Source: Epiperipatus broadwayi (lineage: Eukaryota; Animalia; Onychophora). From it: DNA of 64,000 bases. Position numbers and translations under genes: made by a program. The notes beneath the pieces were generated by a model. The model did not search any database and had not been told where the DNA came from. It worked only from the letters and a program-made list of their open reading frames with translations. Positions 50,976 to 63,870 of the stretch are shown in pieces; positions within the stretch are counted from its first letter, which is position 1, and every line of letters begins with the position of its first letter. Where the stretch lies: the NCBI GenBank assembly GCA_028023455.1, contig JAQFVV010000008.1, forward strand, positions 15,686,001 to 15,750,000. The letters are read 5' to 3'.

Positions 50976-51849
50976 AAAACTGAGGAAATTAAATTCCTAC
51001 GCCACATTATATGAGAAGCACCACATCCATTTCCCCTGAAAAGGCTAAATCAGTAGCAGAAGCACCAAGACCCACAAAGGCGAAGCAATTACAAGCTTTC
51101 CTGGGTTTGTTGAATTTTTTTTTAAACCTTTTTAAAAGGAAAAGCCTATGTGGCCACTCCTTTATACAATCTGCTGAGGAAAAACCAGAAATGGAAATGG
51201 GATGAGCACAAAGAAACAGTATTTATTCGGGTTAAAGTGCTGCTGACTTCAGAGAAATTATTAGTACCTCATAACAGTGACCTAGAAAAGATGTTGACCA
51301 CCGATGCATCTAAATTTGAGCCGGGACAGAACTAAGTCACCCAGCCCAGTCGGAAGAGTGACCCATAGCATATGCTTCACGCACCTTGTCCAAGGCAGAA
51401 AAAAATTATAGCCAGTTGGATAAGGAAGGTCTCACAATTTTGTTTGGAGTGAAAAAATTCCACCAATATTTCTATGGGAGGAAATTTACTATTATAACCG
51501 ACCACAAACCCCTGCTGGGAATATTCGGAAATAAGCATGCACCTGATCACTTAATCCCATGAGTGTTACATTGGCTTAACATTCTCATGGGCTATAATTA
51601 CAGTTTGGAATACAAAAAGGGAAAACAAATTGGGCATGGAGACGCGTTATCATGCATGCCTGATCTTAGTGAAGCAACAGTATTAGAAAGAGAAATAAAT
51701 TATATAGATGTACTTAGAAGCAAAACTTAAATAGCAAAATTATAGCTCGATGAACAGAAGAAGACGACGGCTATCAGTAAATAATAAATAAGATCAGAGA
51801 AGGATGACCGAATAAATGTCCAAGTTTTCTCCACAGACAATTATGGAAC

Positions 51850-52600
51850 GCCCGCGAACAGCTAATGGTATGCAAAGGATGCATTTTGAGGGGTGACCAA
51901 GTGCTGACCTCTGTGGTGAGGAGATAACAAATACTAAACCTGCTACATAATGGGCATCCGGGCATTGGGAGGGCAAAAGCCCTAGCCTGTGGTGTTATGT
52001 GGTGTCCAAACATCAATGGCAACATAGAAATATATATAAAGAAATGCGAGAACTGCCATCCATGTGCTAAAACACCCCCGTCAACTTTTGAAACATGGCC
52101 AAAAGCAGACAACCCATGGCAACAAATCCATATAGATCACTGTGGTCCATTTGAAGCCCATTTATTTCTAGTTGTAGTTGACTCTTATTCAGGGTGGGCT
52201 GAGTATAAAATAGTGAAAAATACCAGTGCAGAAGTAACAGTTGACACTCTGTAAAAGATTTTTGCTCATCACGGGTTCCCAGAAACTTTAGTCTCAGATA
52301 ATGGAACAGGTTTCATATCGGAAAAGTTCATAGAGGCAATGCAAGAATGAGGAATTAAACATGTACTCACGCCCCTCCCATACCAGCCCCAATCAAATGG
52401 ACTGGCTGAGAGAGCAGTGCAAAGCTTCAAGTCAGCTATTAAAAAAATGGGGGAAATGAAAAATTCACAACAAAGTTATGTTGACTGCTCTTCTCCACTG
52501 GCATTCTACCCTGGCGGCTAAATCGGGAAAATCACCGGTGAAAATATATTTAGCCAGAAAACTGTGAACAAAACTTGCAGAGTTATTCGTACAAATTCTA
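51850..52600 (+). pseudogene. Gypsy integrase fragments
   Basis: LHNGHPGIGRAKALACGVMWCPNI...CENCHPC; WQQIHIDHCGPF..FLVVVDSYSGW; HGFPETLVSDNGTGF; SNGLAERAVQSFK. Confidence 0.9.
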
Positions 52601-52998
52601 GCTGCCAGAAAGAGTGGTAAAGGACACACTAAGAAATCGATAGCTATCAGAAGTTATTCACCATCTGGCAAAACAAGTCGTGATAGTTCACACAGACAAT
52701 GAGAAAATAATAAAAAAACATGTGAAACAGCTATGGATAAATAAAAGTGACGACTGGATTTCAAATATAGGCACAACAGAAACTGATGAGATGCTAAATA
52801 ATGATAACAAACCGGAAATTTGTGCCACCCAAGAAACTGATCTTCAATTAAATACTTTGTCTACAAAGAATTCACTACTACAAATGGGAAATAATTCACA
52901 GCAATAACTAAAAAGGAAAATAAAGACCCCCAAATATTTAAATTATTATATTCTAAGTTCGAGGACTAATAAATAATCTTCGAACTTGGGAGAAATAT

Positions 52999-53826
52999 TG
53001 TTATGTATGTGTATAATTAAAATACACACACACGCAAAGTAATAATACTAAATATTGTAAATGTGAATTTAATATTTAAATGTATGTATGTGTATAATTT
53101 ATTGCACATAAATACGTGAGTTATATATACATGAAGGATAAAAAATTCTTTGTTAATTAGATATTAAATAAACGGAAAGACAAACTTTAATAGTTGTGTT
53201 ATTTTAAAACAGTAAGAAAGCAAATCCCTTTAGATGAAAAGTTTAGTTGACGAAAGAACTTTGCAGATAAACAAGGTATATAATAAAAAGTATTTTGGGC
53301 TGCAAAGATAATTAATCAAACTAAGACACAAGTCTAATTCTTCTACTGCACTTGAAGTGGGAGTGATTGATCTGACCAGGACGGACTATATTTGACTACT
53401 CAAATCCAGGGAATCAGGACAAAGGGAAATAAGTGCATTGTAAAGAATTTGGGACACTTTCAACATGAAGTTCTGCTGCTGCAGATGGACTTTTAAAAAG
53501 GCACTGGATCTCGTTTTATTTGGCACGGTATCTTCAGAGCAGACCACTGGCCTCCGAACATCCAAGCATCAGCACAGGGACTGTAAAGCAGATCATACCT
53601 ACCTTTATTATTAGTTTTGTATGTCTTCGGATTTTATGGCGTAAATGTATATTATTAATGTATTTGTGTAATTATATTTAATGTATAACTAATATTTCTT
53701 TTTGCACATGTATTGTAATAAAATTTGCACTTACTAATTCTATCAGCCCTAGTCTTAATTGATTTTAAATATTGTGTACCTACATAGGCAGGGTAAGGTT
53801 AGTTCCCTACACTGGCAGACATATCG
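52999..53826 (+). repeat. 3' LTR (828 bp)
   Basis: Partner of 48172-49014; ends ATATCG (CA changed to CG) followed by the TSD. Confidence 0.92.
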
Positions 53827-55182
53827 CAATGCAAAAAAAAAAAGATTGTAAAAATTTTAATAAATAATTAATCTTACAAACAAAATATTATTTATATGAC
53901 ACTTCATTGATTTATTGTGTCATCACTACTGGCGACATTATTTCAAAATAGCATTTTCATACTCCATATAGTCATAAATAATTTATAGTAGTTCCAAAAA
54001 TAATTACATAGTATTATATATAAATAATTTCTAACAAATGTTAAGACAACTAAGCAGGAAAAAAAAAAATATTTTTGAAAATTAATACCTGATGAAATAT
54101 TTATTACATTAGATTTATTAATATAATAAATTTAACTAATGCATATTTTTTACTTGTGTGGTGTACTGACTAGTTATGTATTTATTAATGAAGTTATACA
54201 TATACGTATGTGTATAATACAGACAATATTAAGTCACTCTAGAAATAATTATATGTAGAAAAAACAATTCCACTAATTGCAAGTAACAACATTCTAATTT
54301 GCATAATAATGTCTAACAATATGCGAATTAGTAAAGTTACTAAAATACCTGCAGAACTTCTTAATGAGAGCGAATTTAAAATAGAGGAGAATGGAGAAAG
54401 GAAAAAAATTATAAGCAGATTAGTGAAAACAAAGTGTAGAGTGAAAAGCGGATAGTGCAGTTGCAGACTTATATTAGACGTAGAAAGCACTCCAATCAAG
54501 TCTAATTAGTCTGACTCAGAGATGTGTGTTAGCAGTAAGGTGCTTACTAGAAACTGCTTGTGAACAACCATGTGAAATTACGGGAGTTAAAGAAAATGTA
54601 TAATTATTGAAATAAAGACTTGTAATTCATGAAGTCTGAGATGAGCTCTAACTAGCTAGCTATTTTTTATTTATCTATCTATGGAGACAAGAACTCTTCC
54701 GTAATCAATATTATTTATTACTTTCAATTAGGCAATTGCCAGTTGAACTACTAATCCTAATTACTAATTTATATTATTCAGAAAATAAAAGCATTAAGTT
54801 ATTTATTAAAACTTACTAATTATTAATATATATTATTCAGAGTAAATAATCTAATCAAGTTACTTATTGAAAATTGTGTGTATGTGTCATTTTGAATTAT
54901 TTTATAATTGTACAGCTGCTAGATTATAGTATGGCTCCGTGCATATTAAGTGTCTCAGTCAAAAATTTTAAATCTGTGAATATTAAGTGGTGCAGTCACC
55001 AGAACCTGTAAAAATTGTCCATACATATCAAGTAGTTAGGATATATTAAAAATAATAATTCAATAAAAAATTATTTAATCAGACAATTTTTATAATAATA
55101 TTATATTTAATTTCACCAACCCAGATTTTGCCCCCATACTGGAGCCTTATCAAGATGTAAATACACTTAAAGTTACATTACA

Positions 55183-56443
55183 AGGTGATGTGATGCACTG
55201 TGACTTCTTAAATGGAGTCAGGAATCTCTCAGCAACTATGCCCAGAGAAACCTGTTAGCCACTTTACCTTCCATTCCCCACCCTAAATTTTCCCATAATC
55301 TGCTCCATACCATATCCACAACATAATTTTTGTCAACTCTATGGTCTTTATATCTAAATCCCCCTTATCTTTTCCCAAACCCAGCATAAAAACCAATAAC
55401 CCACTTTCTGTATAATCACTTTCTTCATATTTATTCTTCCATAACATCATTATTTGTACCCTTTCCGCTTTCAAGCATTTACATTCAAATAACAGATGCC
55501 TAATATTTTCTATGCCTTCCTTACACAATTTGCAGACTAAATCACCCATATTTTCCAATTACGTGTATATTCGCTTGATGCTGAAGATCCCATTCGAGCC
55601 TTAAACAATAAATTACTTTCCTTGCTATCATCATAAATTAACCACCCAATGTTCCATTTACTTCTAAATATATTTAAACTTTTTTTACTCTCCATACTAG
55701 TTATCCATCTCTCCAAGTCCCTATTCTTTATTAATGCATCTATTCTTTTATTCCATTCCTTACCACTATAACACTCAACAATCCTCCTAATACAATCATC
55801 CCACCTTTTGTACAAGTATACTGATATAAATTCTTTATCCAAATCTTTTGCATACCACATTACCTTTCTCACCCATCTTGTTGCCTGCCCTTTACTTGTA
55901 ACACAATTAAATACTATTTTGGTTATTCTTTTATTATCCATAAACTGTAATTTAACAAACATTTTCATTTTACTTTTTGCATCTCTTATATAAAAACTTG
56001 ATCATTCCATTTTCTCCTTGAAATTGCCTCCTTTGCTGTCCACATATCTGCATCTAATGCACGTCTTTCTAACTTCCCTTTGTACTTTTTCTAAATAATC
56101 TAATACCCCTTTACTAACACATAACACATCATTACCATATGTTAACCCTGCTACTGCAACTCCCTGCCATACAATTCTAATGACATCATATTTATTATAT
56201 GAAAACACTGTTAATTTCTTTATCAATCCCTTTCTTTTCTTTGTTTCATTCATCAATTTTTTCTCCCATTCATCCAAGCAATTTTTTTGATTACTTAAGT
56301 TGATTCCCAAATAACTATATCTATTCACCATATTTAACTTTATATCCCCCAATAAAAATTCTACATCTTCTCTTTCCCCAGTATTAATCATCATTATATT
56401 TGATTTTTTTTCATTAAATTTAATCCCCATCTCTTTACCCATT
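55183..56443 (-). mobile_element. 5'-truncated non-LTR retrotransposon (RT thumb + CCHC C-terminus)
   Basis: ORFs 56002-56442 (YSYLGINL, LTYGNDV), 55537-55968 (LLFKARMG) and 55283-55558 (CKLCKEGIENIRHLLFEC); 10-bp TSD TTACATTACA at 55173-55182 and 56444-56453. Confidence 0.88.
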
Positions 56444-57015
56444 TTACATTACACTATCAAAGATAAACAAATCTATTTCCTATTCATTACATACCTAAAT
56501 AATTATACATAATATTTACACACAAACGTGATCTAAATCATAATCATACATTTACATTATACAATAACACATTTATACCATAATATCATTCATAAATTTT
56601 CCAATCTTTCCTTACATACTTATATAACTATATTTAATATTTTAAACCTAACATAATTAAAATGATAATCATTTATATAAATATATACACATAATTTACT
56701 CATAATTATACCCAACTTAAATTAAATCTTCCAGCTATCTAACAACACCCATTTTCCAGACAACTTTACAGGACCTTTAACTATATTCATACATTTTAAA
56801 AAATTCTCCTGTATATACAAAGTTTCTTAACATATCCTCTCACTATACTTCTTTACATACTTAATCACCTGAATGTTTTTTTCACAACTCATTCTATACC
56901 CATTATTCAAAAAATGTATATAAATCCCTGATCTCATATCCTTCCTTCTAATTGTCCTATCATGTTCTTTACTCCTTTCTAATGCAGTCTTCTCTGTCTG
57001 ACATATATATATATC

Positions 57016-57264
57016 ATGCTACAAAATTCACAATTCAGGAGCAAGGATATGAGATCAAGAATTTATGTTCATTTTTTGAATACTGGTCATAGAATAAGTT
57101 GTGAAAAAAACATTCAGGTGATTAAGTATGCAAAAAAGTATAGTAAGAGAATATGTTATGAAACTTTGTGTATTCAGGAGAATTTTGAAAAATGTATGAA
57201 TATGATTAAAGGTCCTGTAAAGTTGGCTGGAAAATGGGTGTTGTTAGATAGCTGGAAGATTTAA
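57016..57264 (+). pseudogene. Penelope-like GIY-YIG endonuclease C-terminal fragment
   Basis: SRIYVHFLNTGHRI...NIQVI...KRICYETLCIQ....MN..KGPVKL..KW pattern; the inverted copy adds the GQT.K...R.KEH motif. Confidence 0.75.
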
Positions 57265-57357
57265 TTTAAGTTGGGTATAATTATGAGTAAATTATATGTA
57301 GATATTTATATAGATGATTATCATTCTAATTATGTTCGGTTTAAAATATTAAATATA

Positions 57358-57400
57358 GTTAACTGATGATTGCTGGTTTAGCATGAAATACATATTATTT
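57358..57400 (+). ncRNA. Degenerate hammerhead-like motif in the PLE tail
   Basis: CUGAUGA-U-UGCU-GGUUU-AGCA-U-GAAA-UACAUA; stems I and III are weak; absent from the inverted arm. Confidence 0.4.
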
Positions 57401-58049
57401 ATCTTTTCGATATACAATATATGTGTTCAAGTGTATCAGTGTTATGAGATATTGTGGAGAGTGGTGGGAAGTGTGAAAGTCTGTGTCCATATACCCTATA
57501 TATTACATATATTGATACAGATATATAATAAGCCTGTATTTCAGTTATTATATAAGTATGTAAGGAGAGAAAGATTGGGAAATTTATGAATGATATTAAG
57601 TATAAATGTGTGATTGTATAATGTAAATGTATGATTATGATTTAGATCATGTTTGTGTGTAAATATTATGTATAATTATTTATGTATATAATGAATAGGA
57701 AATAGATTTGTTTTATCTTTGATATTGTAATGTAAAATGAAACCTAAAGGTGGAGTCGCTATAGAAAAGAAAGAATTGTCATGTAACTTTAAGTGTATTT
57801 ACATCTTGATAAGGCTCCAGTATGGGGGTGAAATCCAGATTGGTAAAATTAAATATAATATTATTATAAAAGTTGTCTGATTAAATAATTTTTATTGAAT
57901 TATTATTTTTAATATATTATGTTGCAAAGACAACATTATGAACAAGTTTTGATTTGAAATTTGATCACTTTTTTGGCAAGTAATTAGGATGTAAGAAAAG
58001 AAATGCAGAACAGCATAACAACATTGTTTGATATTAAAAATCTGATAGT

Positions 58050-59614
58050 AACAAATATATGTAAACCATATAGAGAAATACACAGTAATAAATGAGATTA
58101 TTGATGACAAGTTAAAAGACACCTTCACAGGATGTCTTACAATTATCAAATTGCTTGTGTAATCTGAAGCCACCGGATAAAATCCTGTATGAGGAATTAT
58201 TAATGAAATTAAATGCTTACTTCTCAAGACAATAACATCAAACAGTAAATCGTTTCCATGTTAGAATGCAATCACAAGATAAAAGCATATGTCAATATGA
58301 TTTAATACTGTAGACTTTAGTTGAAGAAAGAATTCAAGGATTATATTGATGATATGCTATTAGACTAATTGAACATTAGAGATGTGAAGCTTAGGCAGAT
58401 ACTCCTAAGCAAATTGATGTTAAAATTATGACATCGCTATTGAATGTGGTATAGCATACAAAGCTGTTTTAGACAACATGCAAGTCTTCAAACAGGTAAC
58501 AGAGTTTGACACCTCAGAAGTACAGGTAAATGTGGGAAGCATAAAAAAATTTAAAGTATTTCTTCTACTTGTTACTGTTGCAAAAAAACAAATCATATAA
58601 ATGTAAGGCATAAATTTAAAACACATATTTTAGCTGCAGTCCTGGCAAGTCATTTATCATAACTTTGTAAAAACAAGCAACAAATAACGAAAATTTATTG
58701 GTAAAGAGTAAATTGAAAGGAGGAGCATCAAAGTCCACAAATGTGAAGTTTATAAAACAAAGTGATGATATGCCTATCTGCAGACAAATGTTAAAGATGA
58801 AATAGACAGTGTGGTGAGCATATCATTAAAAAATTGGATAGTTATTTGTAAAAAAAAAAAAAAAAAAGCAAAAGTTAACAGTGAGATGAAATTACTTAGG
58901 CAGCAACAGACATAAATGGAAATGCAATAAATATTAAAAGAATTGTGTCAGCGCACACAATAGTAATACGCCAAACCAGAAATTTACTATTATATGTAGT
59001 TTCATGGCATATTAGCCCAATAATAAGATAAAATTGGTTTAAGCCACTTGGAATAAAATATTGGACATTAAAACTGCTAAAGTAAAAATAAATGTCCGAA
59101 ATAAATTTCCACCGCAATATAAGTAGAAGTCCAAAATAGATAATAGTAAAATTATAGCGGAGAGGACTAAAAATAATAAGACTATAACAAGATAATAAAT
59201 TGGATAAAAAATGGATGGCCAATGAAATGACCAAATTACGTAAGACTGGTAATATAGAATGCTCGGGAAGATTTGTCATACCATGAATGCATGAGTAATG
59301 ATTCCACTTGAGAAAGGAAAAACTGTTTTACAGTTATTACACCAAGGATACCTTAAGATAATAAGAATGAACAAATTAGCAGGTTCACGTTTAATGGCCA
59401 GAATTAAACAATGATATCAAACAAAATATTAAAAAATGTCAAGCTTGCCAAGAAACAGCAAGTTTGTTGACTAAAAAATTCCAATCTTGGCCCAAGACTG
59501 TGAGAGGATGGAAAGAGTGTATTTAAACCATGTTGGGCAATTTCTATGAATATATTTTTTTAATAGCTGCAAATGCATATTCAAAATGAATGGAATAACG
59601 CTTAGTAAAAGATA
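58050..59614 (+). pseudogene. Internally deleted Gypsy (Mag-like) remnant
   Basis: gag-like PPDKILYEELLMKLNAYFS (~58170-58225); CYCCKKTNH knuckle (~58570-58600); integrase WPKTVRGWK...HVGQF...NAYSK (~59485-59590); most of RT is missing. Confidence 0.7.
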
Positions 59615-60262
59615 TTAAACCGCTAAACATTACATGATCACCATTTCTCATACTTGCTCATAACTGTTATTAAAATAAGCAAAACTCTCCATACAGTAGT
59701 GCCACTCAGTGCAAGCCAGGGTAATCAATGGATGCCAGAAAGCTTGTGAATAAAATCTCTATCTAGTGCCTACTCATCCAATATCCTCAGACTAGTTTCT
59801 AGCTTGTGACTTTCATCAGTGAGGAGCCTCGAATCTGAGAGCACTGCATCTAGATCTTAGGATCTAATGCAACCCTCTAGTAGCCACCTTTTATCTCTAC
59901 TTTACTACAAAACTATGAGAATAAAATTGAAAACAATAATATTTTCAATCTAAGTTCATTAACTTATATAGTCATATAGGTCTGAACTCAGTTCAGTGCC
60001 CATACATTTCGGTGCCTTTGGTTCTTAAATAATCATAGCCACTACTATCCTATTAGGCAGAATTGGTATTAAAACACCACATGATCATTAATTCTTATGT
60101 TTGCTCATAACTGTTAATAAAACAAGCAAAACTCTCTATACAGTAGTGCCATTCAGCACTAGATAGGGATTTTAGGCAGAAAATTTCTAGCATCCATTGA
60201 TTACTCTGGCTTGTACTGAGTGGCAACTACTATATGGAGAGTTTTGCATGTTTTAATGACAA
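59615..60262 (-). mobile_element. Third copy of the ~450-bp hammerhead repeat family (about 1.2 units plus an inverted segment)
   Basis: ACATGATCA at 59632 and 60079 (period 447); 60156-60262 is an inverted copy of ~59665-59770. Confidence 0.88.
59784..59825 (-). ncRNA. Minimal type I hammerhead ribozyme motif
   Basis: UCCUCA-CUGAUGA-A-AGU-CACAA-GCU-A-GAAAC-UA-GUC-UGAGGA: perfect 6-bp stem I; stem II AGU/GCU. Confidence 0.8.
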
Positions 60263-60391
60263 GGAAGCAAAATTAAGATATTATGGACATAAGACTTAAT
60301 AAATAAAAAAACTGGGAGAGTTTTGCATGTTTTAATGACAAGGTAGCAAAATTCAGATATTATGGACATAAGACTTAATAAATAAAAAACT
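60236..60391. repeat. 79-bp tandem duplication
   Basis: 60236-60314 and 60315-60391 are nearly identical; spans the end of the hammerhead element. Confidence 0.92.
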
Positions 60392-61049
60392 AAGATCATA
60401 TTAAATACTATAACTAGCCCAGTAAGAGTCTCAAAAAATAAAATTAACATCTATAAATTGACATCTAAAACTAAAATAAAACCATGCTTACTATTTAAAA
60501 GTAAAATATTTAGAAAATTTGTTTTAAACTTTCTGAATTAAATTATAATCTCATTTACAATTAGAATTCCCGATGATTGAACTATATTCTAAAATGGAAA
60601 GAACCAATGAGATAAATAACATATATCATCATTAAAAAACTAATTGTGACAGATTATTATAATCTGTGATTTCAAAAACATTATCAATAATATTTTCTAT
60701 ATAGTGATAAAAGGATCCATTATTAGAAAATAAAATTCTCATATCTTTTCAAGAAGTAAAAGAAATGATTTTATACAAATTAATATCATAAAAAAAATAC
60801 AAAACTTCAGGTTTGTTAGAAAATGAAATAAATAAACACTTATTTAGACTAATGGATGTAATTGTTTAGATCACATCAAGAGCCAAACTTGTAAATAACA
60901 TTCTGAAGAAAATTATAATCAATCATAGATGTAATTCTTCTAAAGACTTTAAAATAATTGATAAAACAAATTTTATTTAAAAAATTCATATAATCTTTAA
61001 AAACATTCATATAAATGTTAAAAAACATATTCTAAAGAGACACATAAAT

Positions 61050-61400
61050 TATAATCATATTTAAGGACTATTTTGCCTTGCGGCCACTAAGAAAAAAAAT
61101 CAAACTCATCAAGAAATTTAAGGGAAAATCCTACTTGGTGTAATTTGTAAAAGAGAATGGCACAATCAATTTTAGTAAAAGTCTTAGATAAATCAAAATA
61201 AATGACATCAAATTCTTGCTGATTCTTAATTGCACGAGATCATATATAGAAAAAAGATTAGCTTTTATTAATTTATTCTAACTATATCAGTAATAATTTT
61301 GTTACAAATATATTTCACAAAAATTTGTCTAAAGTGTAAACTGAAAACAGACAGTTTTAACACAAATTTGAGAACTATTCTTAAAAATTAGTATTATTTT
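61050..61400 (-). pseudogene. CR1/Jockey-like RT remnant
   Basis: Minus-strand NQQEFDVIYFDLSKTFTKID matches D.IY.DFSKAFDKV; FLSGRK-like motif follows. Confidence 0.5.
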
Positions 61401-63392
61401 GGCTTACTGGAGAATAAAAACTAAAAATGAAGGCAAGAAAAGCTATAAATTCTGTTGAATCTTTGTATATAAAAAATGGAATATTATCATGGTTTAACTA
61501 GAATAAATTTTAAGCTACTTTATGACTATAATATCATCATCATCAGTGAAATCAGTCATACAATAAACAATAGAAGAATCACAAAGTATTTTAAGAATAA
61601 AATATAAATTTTGTATATAATTTAGCAAAATTATTGAGAAATCACCAGCAACTGGAACCATATTTATTTAAACTTTTTTCTTACTCATGTCAGAATTATT
61701 AATAAAAGTTCAAGATTACCTTCAATATTTTTAAAATGACTTTGAAAATCTATTTTGTAAACATGTTAGTCAATCTTTTTAAATTAATAAAATTATTATA
61801 AAAAATATTTTGCATTTTTAAATAAAGCCTAAAATAAAAAAAATTTCCTCTTATTTAAATGAACTTTATGAGACCAATGAGAAAAAAAAAAAGGGAATAT
61901 ATGTAATTCAGTAAAACCATTAAAAAAATCTAAACAATGATAATTTGAAAAATGATGGATGTGTATTTCTATATCATGTATGAATTTGGCTCTGAATAGA
62001 CATAGTGAGAAATTTTGGCACCTAAAGACAGGAAAAAAATTGCACCATTCTAAAAAAAAAAAAAAAATCACATATTTTTATACTTTTTATTTCAATAAAA
62101 TAACACATTTTTGCAATAATTTTATTTTCAGAGTTCTTTGAGCAAATTATCAATTACAAAAGGTATGTTGAGACTGTTTTTGACAGATATTTGCTGTTGA
62201 ATTGCATTTTGTATTTCAAAGGCTTCTATGAAATTCAATTTTACTAGATTTTTTTATATGTGCAGTATTTTTATTTTCATTATAGTTTTTATTTTCATGA
62301 AAACAATTTTAATTGATTAAAAAATGTACATATTTCAACATTACATAAAAATTACTGCAAAAAAAAACTAATGAAGCATTATTTTGAATTTATCATATGT
62401 ATGACTATCAGCATAGTGAAAAAAAGCGGGTATCATTATCACCAGTACCTGAAATAAAATTTGTCACAAAATACAAACAAAGATGAGAGATGTTTTACAA
62501 AAATATTTTGTGAATGAATATTAAATAATTAACTACTACTATATTTTTGCAAATTATCAAAAATATAAAAATGTATCAAAAATTTTTTTTATGTCTCTAT
62601 CATTTTCAATTTTTTTAATAATATATTTTGCAGTTAAAAATCTCAATTTTTGCATCTATGTAAAATTAGTGTCTATGGTCAGGGTCACATTGGCCATAAC
62701 CTCACTATGTGAATGGCTCTGAATTCATAAATAAAGAAAGATATCAGATACAAAAAATCCAGTGTATGTCTATAATTTATTGTACATAGAATTATAGTTA
62801 TATATGATAGTGAATATGTTTTGTGAGGTTATATTGATATAATGCTAATGAATATGTAGATACATAAAAATAAGTAGATAAATATATATATTAGTGATTG
62901 ATTTGATTTATATATGTGTTTTTTAAATTGGTTTTAATTTCATCAGACTATGATTATGTGCAATTGTAATAAAAATGAAATGCATTGAAGTTGATAACAA
63001 CTTATAATGCAATATTATAAAATATTTACAAATTTCTGGAAAAGATTGTAGCTTTAACTGAAAGTGAAAATTGTTTAAAAAGTGTAAAGAAGAGAAGATG
63101 AATTATTGTAATAATATGGACAATATAAAAATAGTGAAAATACTGAATACCTTGAAACAAAGTGGGCATCATATAGTTATATTAATGAAAGTAATCAGTA
63201 TACAGATTTGTAAAATAATAAATCCTTATAATATACATCTTGCACACTAATTAAAATATTGATAAAAATTTGTTATATATATTATCTACTTTATACATAT
63301 AACTATAAATGAACTTATTTTAATACAGAAAATTGAAATCTTTTAAAATATAGTAAATAATTTTTGGTACTAATTACATAGCCAGGCTTGGC

Positions 63393-63870
63393 CGCTTGAT
63401 AGCATTGTTGCCAGTCAAAAACAATACAATGCAACATTACCGGACCCTGATTTTTAAAATACGGCAATTTCTATTTTGAGATTTTTAAAAACAACTTTTA
63501 CTATTAATTATTAATTATTTCTATTTTGCATTTTTAAAAACAACTTTTAATTATTCAAAACAACTTTTAACTATATGGCGATTATTTTTTTGGCTTTATT
63601 TGTATTACGTGATTTCTATTTTGAGATTTTTTAAAAAATCTCGTAATACAAATAAAGTCAAAAAAAAAAAGCACTGTAAGTCGCCGTATAGTTAAAAGTT
63701 ATTTTGAGTACTTAAAAATTGTTTTTAAAAATCGCAAAATAGAAATAATTAATAATTAATAGTAAAAGTTGTTTTTAAAAATCTCAAAATAGAAATTGCC
63801 GTATTTTAAAAATCGCATCCTGGTAACCTTGCATTGTATTGTTTTTGACTGGCAACAATGCCATCAAGCG
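63393..63870. mobile_element. 478-bp foldback/palindromic MITE-like element
   Basis: Arms pair from CGCTTGATAGCATTGTTGCCAGTC to GACTGGCAACAATGCCATCAAGCG; the centre is the spacerless palindrome GAGATTTTTTAAAAAATCTC (63623-63642); internal repeats of ATTTCTATTTTG(A/C)..TTTTTAAAAA. Confidence 0.9.

Larger units (their letters stand above)
48172..53826 (+). mobile_element. Full-length decayed Ty3/Gypsy (Mag-like) LTR retrotransposon
   Basis: LTRs 48172-49014 and 52999-53826; 5-bp TSD CAATG (48167-48171, 53827-53831); PBS TGGCACAGTC at 49017; purine-rich GGGAGAAA before the 3' LTR; gag with CLCCGKKGHKTSNC knuckle, protease, RT (SDWANPVV..KPNGQICLCGDYR), RNase H and integrase remnants in order. 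Confidence 0.95.
55041..57917. mobile_element. 2.9-kb head-to-head Penelope-like inversion with a nested LINE
   Basis: 55041-55182 pairs with 57777-57917, and 56444-56950 pairs with ~57040-57735; GIY-YIG C-termini read outward on both arms (GQTEKTALERSKEH on minus; ORF 57016-57264 on plus). Confidence 0.88.

Noticed and set aside
54240-54660. Possible further Penelope 3' end
   Set aside because: Only a vague LE...N C-terminal resemblance; no hammerhead core or inverted partner found.
62408-62448. Acceptor followed by GTGDND..., like a macro-domain exon start
   Set aside because: Stop after 13 codons; would need an unproven frameshift.
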